Source: Patescibacteria group bacterium
GTDB lineage: Bacteria; Patescibacteriota; UBA1384; XYA2-FULL-43-10; 1-14-0-10-43-13
Length of the DNA: 64,000 nt
Direction of reading: 5' to 3'
Assembly: GCA_041666325.1 (NCBI GenBank)
Contig: JBAYHC010000004.1
Span: 929-64,928, forward strand
Positions 10,349 to 19,776 of the stretch are shown in pieces. The translations under genes and the position numbers were made by a program. Positions within the stretch are counted from its first letter, which is position 1, and every line of letters begins with the position of its first letter. The notes under the pieces are model-generated. The model had not been told where the DNA came from, did no database searches, and worked only from the letters and a program-made list of their open reading frames with translations.

Positions 10349-11979
10349 AAAGGTTAACGGTGTGCATTGCTGCGGCCCTGCTGCTGGCCAGTCTGGCTGG
10401 CTGCAGCGGTCTACCCGAGGACCTGCGCAAGGAGGTCGAAGAAGGCCTCAAGGTCAGGTTCGAGACAGTTACGACTGAGATCCAGACGGAGACTACCAAG
10501 TTTGTCAACCTGAAGCAGAGCCCGGCATCTAAAGCGGCGTGGGCCTTCCTGGCCCCATACGCCGAAAAAGAGCGCTGGGAGGACCACTTCGGCACGGCAC
10601 AGCGAACGCTCGAAGCGGCCAAGAAGGAGTACCAAGAGGCGCTCGATCTGCTCAATAACAACAGAACAGAAGACGAGCAGACCTTGCGCACCAAGGTCAG
10701 GTCCATCACCGATGAGCTCCGGACTGCCGCCGATGAGGCCAGGCATGCCAGCGAACGATCAAGTTTTCTGTCTGAGGCCCGCGACCACGCGGTCGCCAAA
10801 GAAACGCAGGCCAAGGCGGAAGCGACCAAGGTTCGCGTCATGTACGAGTCGCTCGTCGGCGCCATCACCAAGGCCAAGCGGGACTTCACCAACAAGAAGA
10901 CCGACCTGGAGCAGCGACGGCAAGCTGCCGAGAAGGTTTGCCTTGAGTGCGAAAAGGCAAGAGATACAGCACTAGCATCGCTGCATCAGCGGCTGCCCGA
11001 CTACGCACTGTTCGGCGACAGCTGCACCACCGTCTCGGCGAAGCTTGCCCAGTTCACAGACGGCGACCGAGACCTGCGCAAGCGCCTCGGCCAACTCGGC
11101 CGATCGTATGCCAAGATTCTCGTCGATATGCGCGTCGAGTACTACGTCCAGGTAGTGCGCGTCTCCTGGGACGAGAACTCTGACTGGGAAACTGAGCACG
11201 AGCACGTCTACCAGCCCGTCAAAGTGGATCGCGAGGTCTACGAGTACTTCCGGACCAACTACGACGAGCGGCAAGACGACGGCAATGACTCCGATTGGAT
11301 CGCAGACACGACCGATGGCGGCAGTAGCACCAATACGATCCAATGCGACCAGGTGAAGTGGAACGCTCTCAACATCAACCCCGGCGAGAGCTGGGAGAGC
11401 GGTTGGCTTGGCGGCGACAACTATGCCAACTTCTACGTCCACGATATGCCGGTCAAGTGCTTCCACAAGTACACCATCGTGGAGAACGGCAAACGTCATG
11501 AAGTCGAAGAGGAGGTGTCCGAAGAGTTTTTCGATGAGTATGACGATGACCTGGGCATGGAGATCGTCTCCAAACCCTACGGTCTGTACGAAGACGAGAA
11601 GATCACTGAGCCAGCCCCGCCCGGCATGGCCGAAGTCGGCGACTTCCACTACGGCCACTGGCAAGGCACCGGCAATGGCCGCTACTGGACCTGGTACGAC
11701 CGCTGGAACTTCTACTGCGACCTCGTCCAGCCGCGCTACCACTACACCTACGTGGAGTGGGATACGTGGAGTGACGATTACCGCGGCGAGCGAGGCTACT
11801 ATGGCCCGGCCAACGCCAAGGTAGATCGCTACGGGACGCGATCCCAATACGCGCTATCCAACCCGCGGTATGCCAGCTCATACTGGGTCCGCTCGGGTGA
11901 ACACAGGTTCCAGATGTCATCCATTCGCAGCGCAGGCGGCAGCTTCCGCGCCGGCGGTCCTGGCGGCGGCGGAAAGTAG
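10345..11979 (+). CDS. Lipoprotein with coiled-coil N-terminal half and acidic, Trp/Tyr-rich C-terminal half ending in a Gly-rich tail
   Basis: Lipobox MKRLTVCIAAALLLASLAGCSG. Long charged helical region. C-terminus ...GSFRAGGPGGGGK. Confidence 0.65.
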   Translation: MKRLTVCIAAALLLASLAGCSGLPEDLRKEVEEGLKVRFETVTTEIQTETTKFVNLKQSPASKAAWAFLAPYAEKERWEDHFGTAQRTLEAAKKEYQEALDLLNNNRTEDEQTLRTKVRSITDELRTAADEARHASERSSFLSEARDHAVAKETQAKAEATKVRVMYESLVGAITKAKRDFTNKKTDLEQRRQAAEKVCLECEKARDTALASLHQRLPDYALFGDSCTTVSAKLAQFTDGDRDLRKRLGQLGRSYAKILVDMRVEYYVQVVRVSWDENSDWETEHEHVYQPVKVDREVYEYFRTNYDERQDDGNDSDWIADTTDGGSSTNTIQCDQVKWNALNINPGESWESGWLGGDNYANFYVHDMPVKCFHKYTIVENGKRHEVEEEVSEEFFDEYDDDLGMEIVSKPYGLYEDEKITEPAPPGMAEVGDFHYGHWQGTGNGRYWTWYDRWNFYCDLVQPRYHYTYVEWDTWSDDYRGERGYYGPANAKVDRYGTRSQYALSNPRYASSYWVRSGEHRFQMSSIRSAGGSFRAGGPGGGGK

Positions 11980-11989
11980 GAGGAACAAG

Positions 11990-12781
11990 ATGCTTCACGG
12001 CTTAGGTTTCGTGATACCAGCAATCGCGTTAGTCATCGTCCTCAAGGCGATCATCAACTGGCTCACGCCGTACAACGACGAGGAAGAGATCGTCACCAGC
12101 GACAATACGGCGGCGAGCCTGAGTGAGGCGGGACCGATTATCGGCCTGGCCATCGCCCTCGCCGGCGTACTCAACGGTGCCAAGACACCGACATGGCAAG
12201 AGAGCCTGACCACCTTCATCGTCGAAGGTATCGTGGCGCTCCTGCTCATCGTCATCATGCTCTTGGCGACCGGAGCGCGAGCCGAGGCAATGCGGGAACG
12301 CACGGCCTCGATGGCCCTCGTCAACGCTGCCATGTTCATCGCCATCGGGGCGATCATCGCGGCGTCCTTCGCTCACACAGGCGGCGGACTCGCGAGCGCG
12401 ATAACCTTCTCAGTTCTGGGGACGGCTGTCCTCGGCCTCACCTCTGCCCTCCAGACCAGAGTGGCGTACAGCGCAGAAGCAGGGGCTGGCAACATGGCGG
12501 CCGGGGTGATACTGGCAAGCGAGTTGCTTGCCTTCGGGGCAATCATTGCCTCAAGCATCATCGGCCCGTTCGCGGGGTGGTATGAGGACTTCGTTTCCTT
12601 CTTCCGCTCCGCGACGACTGCGTATCTGGTGCTGTTCGTCGTTCGGATCATCGTCCACCGCCTCCTGCTCCCGGGCAGCGATCTATACACGGAGATCGTC
12701 CGGGACAAGAGCGTGGCGTCGGCCATCCGCTACGCCACCGTCGCGACTATCGCGGCCATCATCGCCAGCACGCTGGTCTGA
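11990..12781 (+). CDS. Polytopic membrane protein, DUF350-like
   Basis: AGGAGG RBS 6 nt before the ATG at 11990. About eight hydrophobic helices. The position immediately upstream of a membrane spermidine-synthase-like gene is typical of DUF350 genes. Confidence 0.5.
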   Translation: MLHGLGFVIPAIALVIVLKAIINWLTPYNDEEEIVTSDNTAASLSEAGPIIGLAIALAGVLNGAKTPTWQESLTTFIVEGIVALLLIVIMLLATGARAEAMRERTASMALVNAAMFIAIGAIIAASFAHTGGGLASAITFSVLGTAVLGLTSALQTRVAYSAEAGAGNMAAGVILASELLAFGAIIASSIIGPFAGWYEDFVSFFRSATTAYLVLFVVRIIVHRLLLPGSDLYTEIVRDKSVASAIRYATVATIAAIIASTLV

Positions 12782-12798
12782 TGATGGTATCTCAGAGC

Positions 12799-12822
12799 TC
12801 CCCCGCCCGCGGGCGGGGGAGA
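12799..12822. other. Perfect 24-nt GC palindrome (ctcccccgcccgc/gggcgggggag) between operon genes 3 and 4
   Basis: Perfect inverted repeat with no clear U-run after it. Possible RNA processing or attenuation hairpin. Confidence 0.4.
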
Positions 12823-12930
12823 GATATTTCACCTAAACAGCATTTTGCTCCTGACAAGCACAAACTGTTTCGGTGAAAAGTAGTTCATCGAACAAATTCC
12901 CGCATCGGCGGATGAAACACGGAGGGAATC

Positions 12931-14652
12931 ATGAGCACGAATGTGGCATGCCTGAGCAAAGAGAACTCGTCACGATTCTGGCAGTCGAGGTGGCCAACGG
13001 TTGTACTGGTAGTGACGATGCTGGTGACTGGCGCCTGCGGCCTCGTCTACGAGTACGTGCTGTCGACGGTCAGCACGTACATCCTCGGCAACTCCATTGA
13101 GCAGTTCAGTGTCATCATCGCGTTGATGTTGCTCTCGATGGGCGTCGCCGGCTACCTGCAGAAGTTCAGTGACGATAGCAGACTAGCAGACAAGTTCATC
13201 ATTGCCGAGCTGCTGCTGGCGACCATCGGCGGATTTGCACCGATCGCGGTCTACACCGCCTTCGCACAGCTCTCCGACCACTTCCAGATCATTCTTTACG
13301 CCACGGTCATCGCGGTCGGTGCCCTTATCGGCCTGGAGATACCGCTGGCCGTCCGCATCAACGAGAAATACGTGGCAGCGCTCAAGGGCAACATCGCCTC
13401 CGTCTGGGGTGCCGACTACATCGGCAGCTTCCTGGGAGCAATCATCTGGACGCGTGTGTTGCTCAAATACCTACCGTTGACGAAGATCAGCTTCGTTCTG
13501 GCAGGCTGCAACTTGTTCGTTGCCCTGCTAGTCTTCACTACATTCTGGCGCGCTGGTCTTGTTCATCGGCGCTATGGGATCCTGGTCAGCTTCGTGCTGG
13601 TTGGAGCAGCACTCTCGATCGGGTTCGTCCGAAATGTCGGCTGGTCCCAGAATCTAGAGCAACAGCTCTACGATGAGCCGATTGTCTTCTCGGAGACAAC
13701 GCGCTACCAGCGCTTGGTCGTCACTCACGACGTCGAGCTGGATGACTACAGGCTGTATATCAACGGCAATCTCCAGTTCAGCTCGGTTGACGAGGCGATC
13801 TACCACGAGATGCTCGTACTTCCCGCAATGTCGCTAGTTCACCCCAAGGACGTTCTCATCCTCGGCGGCGGTGACGGCCTGGCCCTGCGCGAGGTTGAGA
13901 AGTTTCGCGATGTGCAGAACATCACTCTGGTCGACCTTGACCCCGAGATGATTAAGCTCGCCAGCACCAATGCGGTATTCCGCCGCCTGAATAAGGACTC
14001 CTTCCACGATGCACGGGTTCACGCTTCAGCTTCGCTTGGTGTTGTACCGGCTGGCATTAAGAAGCCGCTCTATCAGGAGTCTGAGGATGACGAAAGAAAG
14101 TGGCGCCGCGGTCGGATAGAGCCAAAGCTGAACAAGATCGGTTGGGTTGACGTCTACAACGTAGATGCCGACAAGTTCCTCTCGCTCGCACGTGGACACT
14201 GGGACGTTGTCATCGTCGATCTGCCAGACCCAAACGCGATTGAGCTGGCCAAGCTCTACAGCCAGGAGTTCTACGCCAAGATCAGGAAGCGCCTGGCGCC
14301 TGGCGGCATGGTGGTGGTCCAAGCCTCGTCGCCATACCACTCCAAAGAGGCGTTTCTGTGCATGAAGCGCACCATGGAAGCGGCTGGCTTGGCCGTTCTG
14401 CCTTATCACCAGAACGTACCCTCGTTCGGTGACTGGGGCTGGCTTCTTGGCAGAAACAAGGCGGACCACCGCGCACGTACGGTGGGCAACCTCAAGATCA
14501 CTGTCCCAACCACCTACCTCACCCCCGATGTCTGGCGCAGCTCCCTGGCATTCGGCAAGGGTATGCTCGAGACTGAAGAAAGAGACGTGAGCACACTGAT
14601 GCAGCCCGCCATCCTTCGCTGGTACGTCGACGAAGGCTGGAAGATCGAATAG
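12931..14652 (+). CDS. Membrane-anchored polyamine aminopropyltransferase (spermidine synthase-like, long form with N-terminal multi-TM domain)
   Basis: About seven N-terminal TM helices, then a PABS/Rossmann domain with LILGGGDGLALREV, VDLDPEMIKLA and VIVDLPDPN...LYSQEFY motifs. ACGGAGGG RBS. Confidence 0.8.
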   Translation: MSTNVACLSKENSSRFWQSRWPTVVLVVTMLVTGACGLVYEYVLSTVSTYILGNSIEQFSVIIALMLLSMGVAGYLQKFSDDSRLADKFIIAELLLATIGGFAPIAVYTAFAQLSDHFQIILYATVIAVGALIGLEIPLAVRINEKYVAALKGNIASVWGADYIGSFLGAIIWTRVLLKYLPLTKISFVLAGCNLFVALLVFTTFWRAGLVHRRYGILVSFVLVGAALSIGFVRNVGWSQNLEQQLYDEPIVFSETTRYQRLVVTHDVELDDYRLYINGNLQFSSVDEAIYHEMLVLPAMSLVHPKDVLILGGGDGLALREVEKFRDVQNITLVDLDPEMIKLASTNAVFRRLNKDSFHDARVHASASLGVVPAGIKKPLYQESEDDERKWRRGRIEPKLNKIGWVDVYNVDADKFLSLARGHWDVVIVDLPDPNAIELAKLYSQEFYAKIRKRLAPGGMVVVQASSPYHSKEAFLCMKRTMEAAGLAVLPYHQNVPSFGDWGWLLGRNKADHRARTVGNLKITVPTTYLTPDVWRSSLAFGKGMLETEERDVSTLMQPAILRWYVDEGWKIE

Positions 14653-14684
14653 ACGCCCGGATGAAAGGCCAGGCTAGTCTCACC

Positions 14685-14716
14685 CGCCCCAGCGACCGCG
14701 CTGGGGCGTTTTTTTG
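14685..14716 (+). terminator. Strong rho-independent terminator ending the high-GC operon
   Basis: Perfect 8-bp stem cgccccag/ctggggcg followed by TTTTTTT. Confidence 0.65.
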
Positions 14717-14823
14717 TATCCGGAGAATTACGCCCCAGCATCGACACAAACCAATACAATTTCTGTATTTTAGAATAAAAAAGGGCAGCTTGCCTGGTGC
14801 TACCCACGAAGATATACCCGCGA

Positions 14824-15282
14824 TCACTGTATCGGCTCAAGCACCATCGGTGCTTTTCCCGGATCAAAACAGAAGGTAAAGACTGTTATTCCAAGTGCTT
14901 CTGCCAGAAAAACGTACGCGTAAATTTCCATTTCATGTATCAATCTCTGGCCTCTAACACGACCAGGCAGCTCAACGCACTTGTCCCAAAGAGGCGAATA
15001 GATCACGGTTGCATAACGTCTCAAGCACCAGGGCAAGGCATACCCCCACCTTACAGCCTGTTCAGTCAGGGCCGCTATCACGGCTTTATAACTAACGCGA
15101 TCGACAACAACTATATTGTCCTGACCTGGCAAACGATAGCAACTACCGATGGCCTTTAGGCGCTCCAAACGCTCGTGATCCAGTCCCCCATCCTTGAGAA
15201 CGCCATAACAACCGACATCATCAGGCAGAACATTATCGTCGCTCATAGCACATACCCTTCTCGCACAGCGATGTCTTGGCAC
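14824..15282 (-). CDS. Hypothetical protein
   Basis: 152-aa ORF convergent with the operon terminator. The start may be the internal MSDDN. No motif recognised. Confidence 0.35.
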   Translation of the reverse strand: MPRHRCARRVCAMSDDNVLPDDVGCYGVLKDGGLDHERLERLKAIGSCYRLPGQDNIVVVDRVSYKAVIAALTEQAVRWGYALPWCLRRYATVIYSPLWDKCVELPGRVRGQRLIHEMEIYAYVFLAEALGITVFTFCFDPGKAPMVLEPIQ

Positions 15283-15395
15283 AATATACCACTTTTATGA
15301 TTTTTTACAATCTCCAAGGTGATAACTAACTAGCGACGCTTTCAGACTAGCCCATGTTTGTGGAAATTATTGAACCTAACCGATCCTCGCTCATA

Positions 15396-15423
15396 CCAAA
15401 AAGGCCAGTCATTATGACTGGCC
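15396..15423 (-). terminator. Rho-independent terminator after the P-loop kinase gene
   Basis: ggccagtcat/atgactggcc hairpin with a U-run on the minus strand. Confidence 0.45.
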
Positions 15424-15452
15424 CTCCTCTAGCCATGATTTAGGACAACGAA

Positions 15453-16085
15453 TTATCTTCTCAACAATATCGTCGCATTGCCAAGCTGCTCTTCGAAGTC
15501 GCCGGCATATGAGCACTCCCTAATCTTGTGTTGTTTAGCTTCCGATGAGAAAAAATTAGAATATCTCGCTATCATCTCGGCAATTTTATAATGAACATCA
15601 GGATTTTCTGTTTTATGAAGAAACCAATCATTGCCGGCAGTGCTTTCTCGTGCAGTATCAACAATCTGATTAACGTCATGTTTAGTAAGAACAATCTCCT
15701 TAGTGCCACCAATAATCTGACTTTGGATTTTTGCCATCAACTCCGGATGAAGCTGGTGGCCCTCGATAATAATATCGCGACCTGCCTTTGACATAGATTC
15801 GGCCAAGGTTTCGATTGCCTGCCATGACGTCTTGGCCTGTGCCACATATGCCTGAAAAATTTCCTTACCCGAGTAGGTGCCATACATTAGATCATTACTG
15901 TTGCCAGTTCTTTTGCGCATCAAGTCTTTAGGGAACCTGCTATCCTGATCTTCCGATGGGGTATACCGCTTCACGATTGACTCCAACATATCTGCAGACA
16001 CCCAAGAGATGCCAAGCTGTTCCGACAAGCGCTTGGCCAATATAGTTTTACCACACCTAGGCGGTCCTCCGATTAAGTAGATCAT
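15453..16085 (-). CDS. P-loop NTPase / AAA-domain kinase-like protein
   Basis: Walker A in MIYLIGGPPRCGKT. Confidence 0.6.
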   Translation of the reverse strand: MIYLIGGPPRCGKTILAKRLSEQLGISWVSADMLESIVKRYTPSEDQDSRFPKDLMRKRTGNSNDLMYGTYSGKEIFQAYVAQAKTSWQAIETLAESMSKAGRDIIIEGHQLHPELMAKIQSQIIGGTKEIVLTKHDVNQIVDTARESTAGNDWFLHKTENPDVHYKIAEMIARYSNFFSSEAKQHKIRECSYAGDFEEQLGNATILLRR

Positions 16086-16220
16086 GTTTGCCTTACTATT
16101 TGTTACATGGCCCTAAATCATTGCCCACTGGCTCGATCCCAGCCCAGGATCAATAAACTCATTGTCCCCATGACATTTCTGGTACCAGTAATTGTATGAT
16201 TTCGAACTACAAAGTTGAAA

Positions 16221-16424
16221 TTAATCTTGATATTCTAAAATATCTCCTGGCTGACATTCCAGGGTCTTGCATATCGCCTCTAGGGTTGATAGCCGAACCG
16301 CTTTAGCCTTTCCGTTTTTCAGTATAGAAAGGTTGGCCATTGTTATCCCGACTCTTCTCGCAAGTTCCGTCACACTCATTTTTCGCTTAGCCAGCATTAC
16401 ATCGATATTGATAATAATTGCCAT
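16221..16424 (-). CDS. XRE-family helix-turn-helix transcriptional regulator
   Basis: MSVTELARRVGITMANLSILKNGKAKAVRLSTLEAICKTLECQPGDIL is a classic Cro/C1 HTH. Confidence 0.8.
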   Translation of the reverse strand: MAIIINIDVMLAKRKMSVTELARRVGITMANLSILKNGKAKAVRLSTLEAICKTLECQPGDILEYQD

Positions 16425-16433
16425 AAAGTTTCC

Positions 16434-16913
16434 TTAGACTGTTAAATCGTTTTCCGATTTGATGTCGAGAGCGTCTTGCAAGACCTTTTGAAGCACGGCC
16501 GACAGCGTTGCGATCACTATCGAAGCAAAAATGATGACCAATCCGATAGCAAGTATACCCGGGGCATCACCACCGTCTGCAACAATAAACAAAAATGGTG
16601 AGCATGCCATATACAAAAGGCCGACCGCAATCCCGCTACGCTTAATGTTCTTCAAAACTTTGACGGACAACTCCGAGAAAGCCTCATTAATATCGATGTA
16701 ATTTAACAGTTTCCAGGCCTGATAGAGTGCACTATAAAACGGTATCGTCGACGCAGCCAAAACTATCAAAATGGGCAACAATTCATACTGAACGGGCATG
16801 ACATCCACCATCTCTTTGGCAACTGCCGGCAACACGAATACGCACAAAGCGAACACCACCAAGCCGATAAGAATAACCGCCCCCCTTAATAGAATCGTTG
16901 ATCCTCGTTTCAT
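16434..16913 (-). CDS. DUF2975-like membrane protein (frequent partner of small XRE regulators)
   Basis: Four TM helices. Sits immediately upstream of the HTH gene with a 9-nt gap. Confidence 0.55.
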   Translation of the reverse strand: MKRGSTILLRGAVILIGLVVFALCVFVLPAVAKEMVDVMPVQYELLPILIVLAASTIPFYSALYQAWKLLNYIDINEAFSELSVKVLKNIKRSGIAVGLLYMACSPFLFIVADGGDAPGILAIGLVIIFASIVIATLSAVLQKVLQDALDIKSENDLTV

Positions 16914-17171
16914 AGGTGCCTCACCGATTAATTATTTACTCGGTTATATCACATATTTTATTGTAAAACAATAAAATAGTATCGAATTACACTCTGACAC
17001 CCCCTGCCACCCGTCGGGTGAAATAGCTCTGCACCGCTTCAACAACAGCGGCGTGGCGATAAGGTAAGGCACCATTTAGATAGTATTATTTGGCTCTGTC
17101 GTTTATGTTATTATATTGGCATAAGTAGTTTCTCATGATATGAGAGATCGAGCTAATCTAGAAAGGAGCAC

Positions 17172-17390
17172 ATGGCAGAAGGGCGAATATTTAGTGAGAA
17201 CGATGCAGAACAGTTTTTAAATGAACGCTACAAAACAAGAGCTATCTGTAATGTTTGTGGTCGCACATCCTGTGCAGAAGGTGAAGTTGGCGGTTTGTGT
17301 GATATGCCGCAACCAGATGGAAATCGGTGTACCGGTATCATGAAGGCGTCCGATGAAGACGAAAAAATGGATGAACCGGTCACCAATTAA
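17172..17390 (+). CDS. Small Cys-rich (zinc-ribbon-like) protein
   Basis: AAAGGAG RBS. CNVCGRTSCAEGEVGGLC...C motif. Confidence 0.4.
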   Translation: MAEGRIFSENDAEQFLNERYKTRAICNVCGRTSCAEGEVGGLCDMPQPDGNRCTGIMKASDEDEKMDEPVTN

Positions 17391-17487
17391 ATAAGCGTTA
17401 AATTTCTAACTTCTCTAACTGTTGAGAACCATAATAGTTTGAAAATGTGGCATTTGTCAGCTGGTGGAAAGACCTGCCAAAAGGTGC

Positions 17488-17766
17488 TTATTTAAACCAT
17501 TTTTGCGCATTTGGCCGGCGGTGAGGGCAACCGGGCCAGCAACATGGACGATGCTTCCCCTTGGGCAGATCTGCCAATATCCGCTCGATGTGCTCTTTTC
17601 TTGTTTCCGGCTTCTTGACGATCGTCGTCCAACAAATCCACTCGTTACGCGCGAGCGGCGTCAAATTGTTCCACATCTCTAGCACCTCCGGATTGGCAGT
17701 CAGGGCCTCCTTTATGTCCTCTGGCACATCATGCACCACACCGGTGGCGATTGTTTTTTGCTTCAT
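17488..17766 (-). CDS. YdeI/OmpD-associated family protein
   Basis: C-terminal ...LARNEWICWTTIVKKPETRKEHIERILADL and CCWPGCPHR resemble the YdeI family. Confidence 0.5.
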   Translation of the reverse strand: MKQKTIATGVVHDVPEDIKEALTANPEVLEMWNNLTPLARNEWICWTTIVKKPETRKEHIERILADLPKGKHRPCCWPGCPHRRPNAQKWFK

Positions 17767-17826
17767 ATAATCTTTTCCAAATTTTTTTTGAGTCAGGGTG
17801 TCCCCCTCATTGTAGCACAGCAGCGG

Positions 17827-18033
17827 TCAATCAGATTGTTTAGCATAGCTCTCAAGCGCTTGCGTTATCAATGTTGAGGCAATATTAAACGCTTTGATTC
17901 GGCGGATGAGCAGGGTGTGCTGCGACGTGCCTGGTTTTAGCTTTGGCAAGACTTTCTCGCACTTGCTTATGGTTGAGGCTATTGCCCGAAGCGCTTCTTC
18001 CAATTCTTCTTGTGTAAAATTATTCATAATCAT
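17827..18033 (-). CDS. Small hypothetical protein
   Basis: 68-aa ORF only. Confidence 0.3.
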   Translation of the reverse strand: MIMNNFTQEELEEALRAIASTISKCEKVLPKLKPGTSQHTLLIRRIKAFNIASTLITQALESYAKQSD

Positions 18034-18168
18034 ATCCGCGCCTAGCTATTTTCTTACCATTACACAATTCTAATGAAATGGGCAAACTTTGCAAGACCTT
18101 CTAACTCAGCTAGATAACCTCATTATGCGCCAGAGGATTCGTTCCGTTTTCTTGGACGACCGAGTAAA

Positions 18169-18531
18169 ATGATTACTATGACAACACCTCGTATCTATAC
18201 AATGAGCTTTGCAAGCGTCTATCCGCTTTATGTCGCTAAAGCAGCGAAAGGGGGACGGACAAAATCAGAAGTCGATGAAATCATCTGTTGGTTGACGGGA
18301 TACAGCCAAGAGGAACTAGGGACTCAATTGGAAAAACAGACGGACTTTGAAACTTTCATTGCGGAAGCTCCTAAGCCCAATCCCTTAAGAGCTTTGATTA
18401 AAGGGGTAATTTGTGGTGTCCGAGTGGAAGAGATCAAAGAACCAGTTATGCGGGAAATTCGCTGCCTCGATATACTAATCGACGAGCTGGCAAGGGGAAA
18501 AGCAATGGAGAAAATTTTGCGGGAAAGCTAG
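18169..18531 (+). CDS. DUF2200 domain protein
   Basis: [37 protein letters not shown] is a DUF2200-like pattern. Confidence 0.55.
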   Translation: MITMTTPRIYTMSFASVYPLYVAKAAKGGRTKSEVDEIICWLTGYSQEELGTQLEKQTDFETFIAEAPKPNPLRALIKGVICGVRVEEIKEPVMREIRCLDILIDELARGKAMEKILRES

Positions 18532-18699
18532 ATTTTCTTCCAGGGCGGCGGAGTTTCTGCGCGTATAGGTTAAGGGCCTTAGGATATTTACAAGCAAAAG
18601 TTTCTAGCCGCCCTAACCGTTGAGGGCCAAGAAACGCTTATCACTCAGCAGGTAGTCAAATGGGGAGCATTCCTTAGTTTTTTCTAGGGGTGCATCTCT

Positions 18700-19206
18700 T
18701 TATGTACCACAAGCGTTTAAATACCTTTTAAGGGCTTTTTTCATGCCATCAAACGCAAGATTTTCCCATGGTATTGAATCTTTTGCAAACCATTTATAAC
18801 CAGTTGATTCTTCATTTAATATCAAAATTTCGGTTTCCATCTTTGCCCCAAAGACAGGCACGACTACTCCGTAATTAATCCCTTCATATCTATATTCGTC
18901 AGAAAAGGAAAAAAGATATTCTAAATCAGCAAACTTTGCTCCCAGTTCTTCTTCTAGTTCTCGTAGTGTCGATTCCTCTAAGTTTTCACCAGGGTCAATA
19001 AATCCACCAGGCATATCCCAAAGTCCCATACTGGGATCGTGCGCGCGTTTAACCAACAAGATCTCATCCCTTTTATTCAGAAGCAAAACGGAAGTTGCAG
19101 GCTTAGGGTTTTGCCAGAACTTGTACTTGCATTTTGTGCAAAGAAGCAGTTTATTGCTTTTTTCTTCGAGCTCACTTGAGCACATAGGACAAAATTTATA
19201 AATCAT
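18700..19206 (-). CDS. NUDIX hydrolase with N-terminal zinc ribbon
   Basis: CPMCSSEL...CTKCKYK, then the NUDIX box GGFIDPGENLEESTLRELEEELG. Confidence 0.8.
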   Translation of the reverse strand: MIYKFCPMCSSELEEKSNKLLLCTKCKYKFWQNPKPATSVLLLNKRDEILLVKRAHDPSMGLWDMPGGFIDPGENLEESTLRELEEELGAKFADLEYLFSFSDEYRYEGINYGVVVPVFGAKMETEILILNEESTGYKWFAKDSIPWENLAFDGMKKALKRYLNACGT

Positions 19207-19412
19207 AGCATGAGTTTACTGTTTTCGACTCAGTGGGTCAAATACACTGTTGTGGCCAAAAATATAAGTGTAATCATCGAGAAAAAAGAGGACAGCTTGG
19301 GGGACGCTCCCTAAATAGCTACGAGTTTAGCGATAAGGGCATCTTTACCTGAACCCTCCTCCGCTAAAGCTACGGGAGGGCACAGCAAGACTGGAGCCTT
19401 CTCGTACTAACC

Positions 19413-19450
19413 AAAAGAAAAACGACCACGCATTGGTGGTCATTTTTCTT
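19413..19450. terminator. Bidirectional terminator hairpin immediately 3' of tRNA-Asn
   Basis: gaccac-gcattg-gtggtc flanked by an A-run and a T-run. Confidence 0.45.
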
Positions 19451-19526
19451 TGGCTCCCCGAGCAAGACTCGAACTTGCAACATCCTCGTTAACAGCGAGG
19501 CGCTCTGCCATTGAGCTATCGGGGAA
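19451..19526 (-). tRNA. tRNA-Asn (anticodon GTT), CCA encoded
   Basis: Reverse complement: TTCCCCG-A-TAGCTCAATGGCAGAGCG-CCTCG-CTGTTAA-CGAGG-ATGTT-GCAAGTTCGAGTCTTGC-TCGGGGA-G-CCA. Cloverleaf is consistent. Confidence 0.9.
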
Positions 19527-19776
19527 TACGTATTTGCTGGGAGGGCACACTCTGCCTCCGCCAGCTGGCGGAGAACTATCGGGAAATATCTTCTTCTTAA
19601 CACCGGAATTGTATCAAAATCTAGCCCCTAAGTAAATACGTACATATAATCGTAGCATCAGTGCTGCACCACGATAAATACCAGGGTGCTGCGAGGGCTC
19701 GGGCGTTATACCCTTTATCTCTTCAGAGCAGTAGGTCATTTGCAATTCAAAGAACGGTTAGTTCAAGTTCAAAAAA

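Noticed and set aside
10260-12726. Many long antisense/alternate-frame ORFs inside the high-GC block (for example 10260..10895 -, 10972..11847 -, 11408..11824 +, 12029..12376 -, 12373..12726 -)
   Set aside because: These are typical spurious open frames in GC-rich DNA. They overlap well-supported genes that have RBSs, a lipobox, TM topology and PABS motifs, and their Arg/Pro/Ala-rich composition is characteristic of wrong-frame translation.
12799-12822. The perfect GC palindrome between operon genes 3 and 4 as a transcription terminator
   Set aside because: No U-run follows (agatatttcacc) and a translationally coupled gene with an RBS follows about 100 nt later. It is more likely an intra-operon RNA structure or processing site than a terminator.
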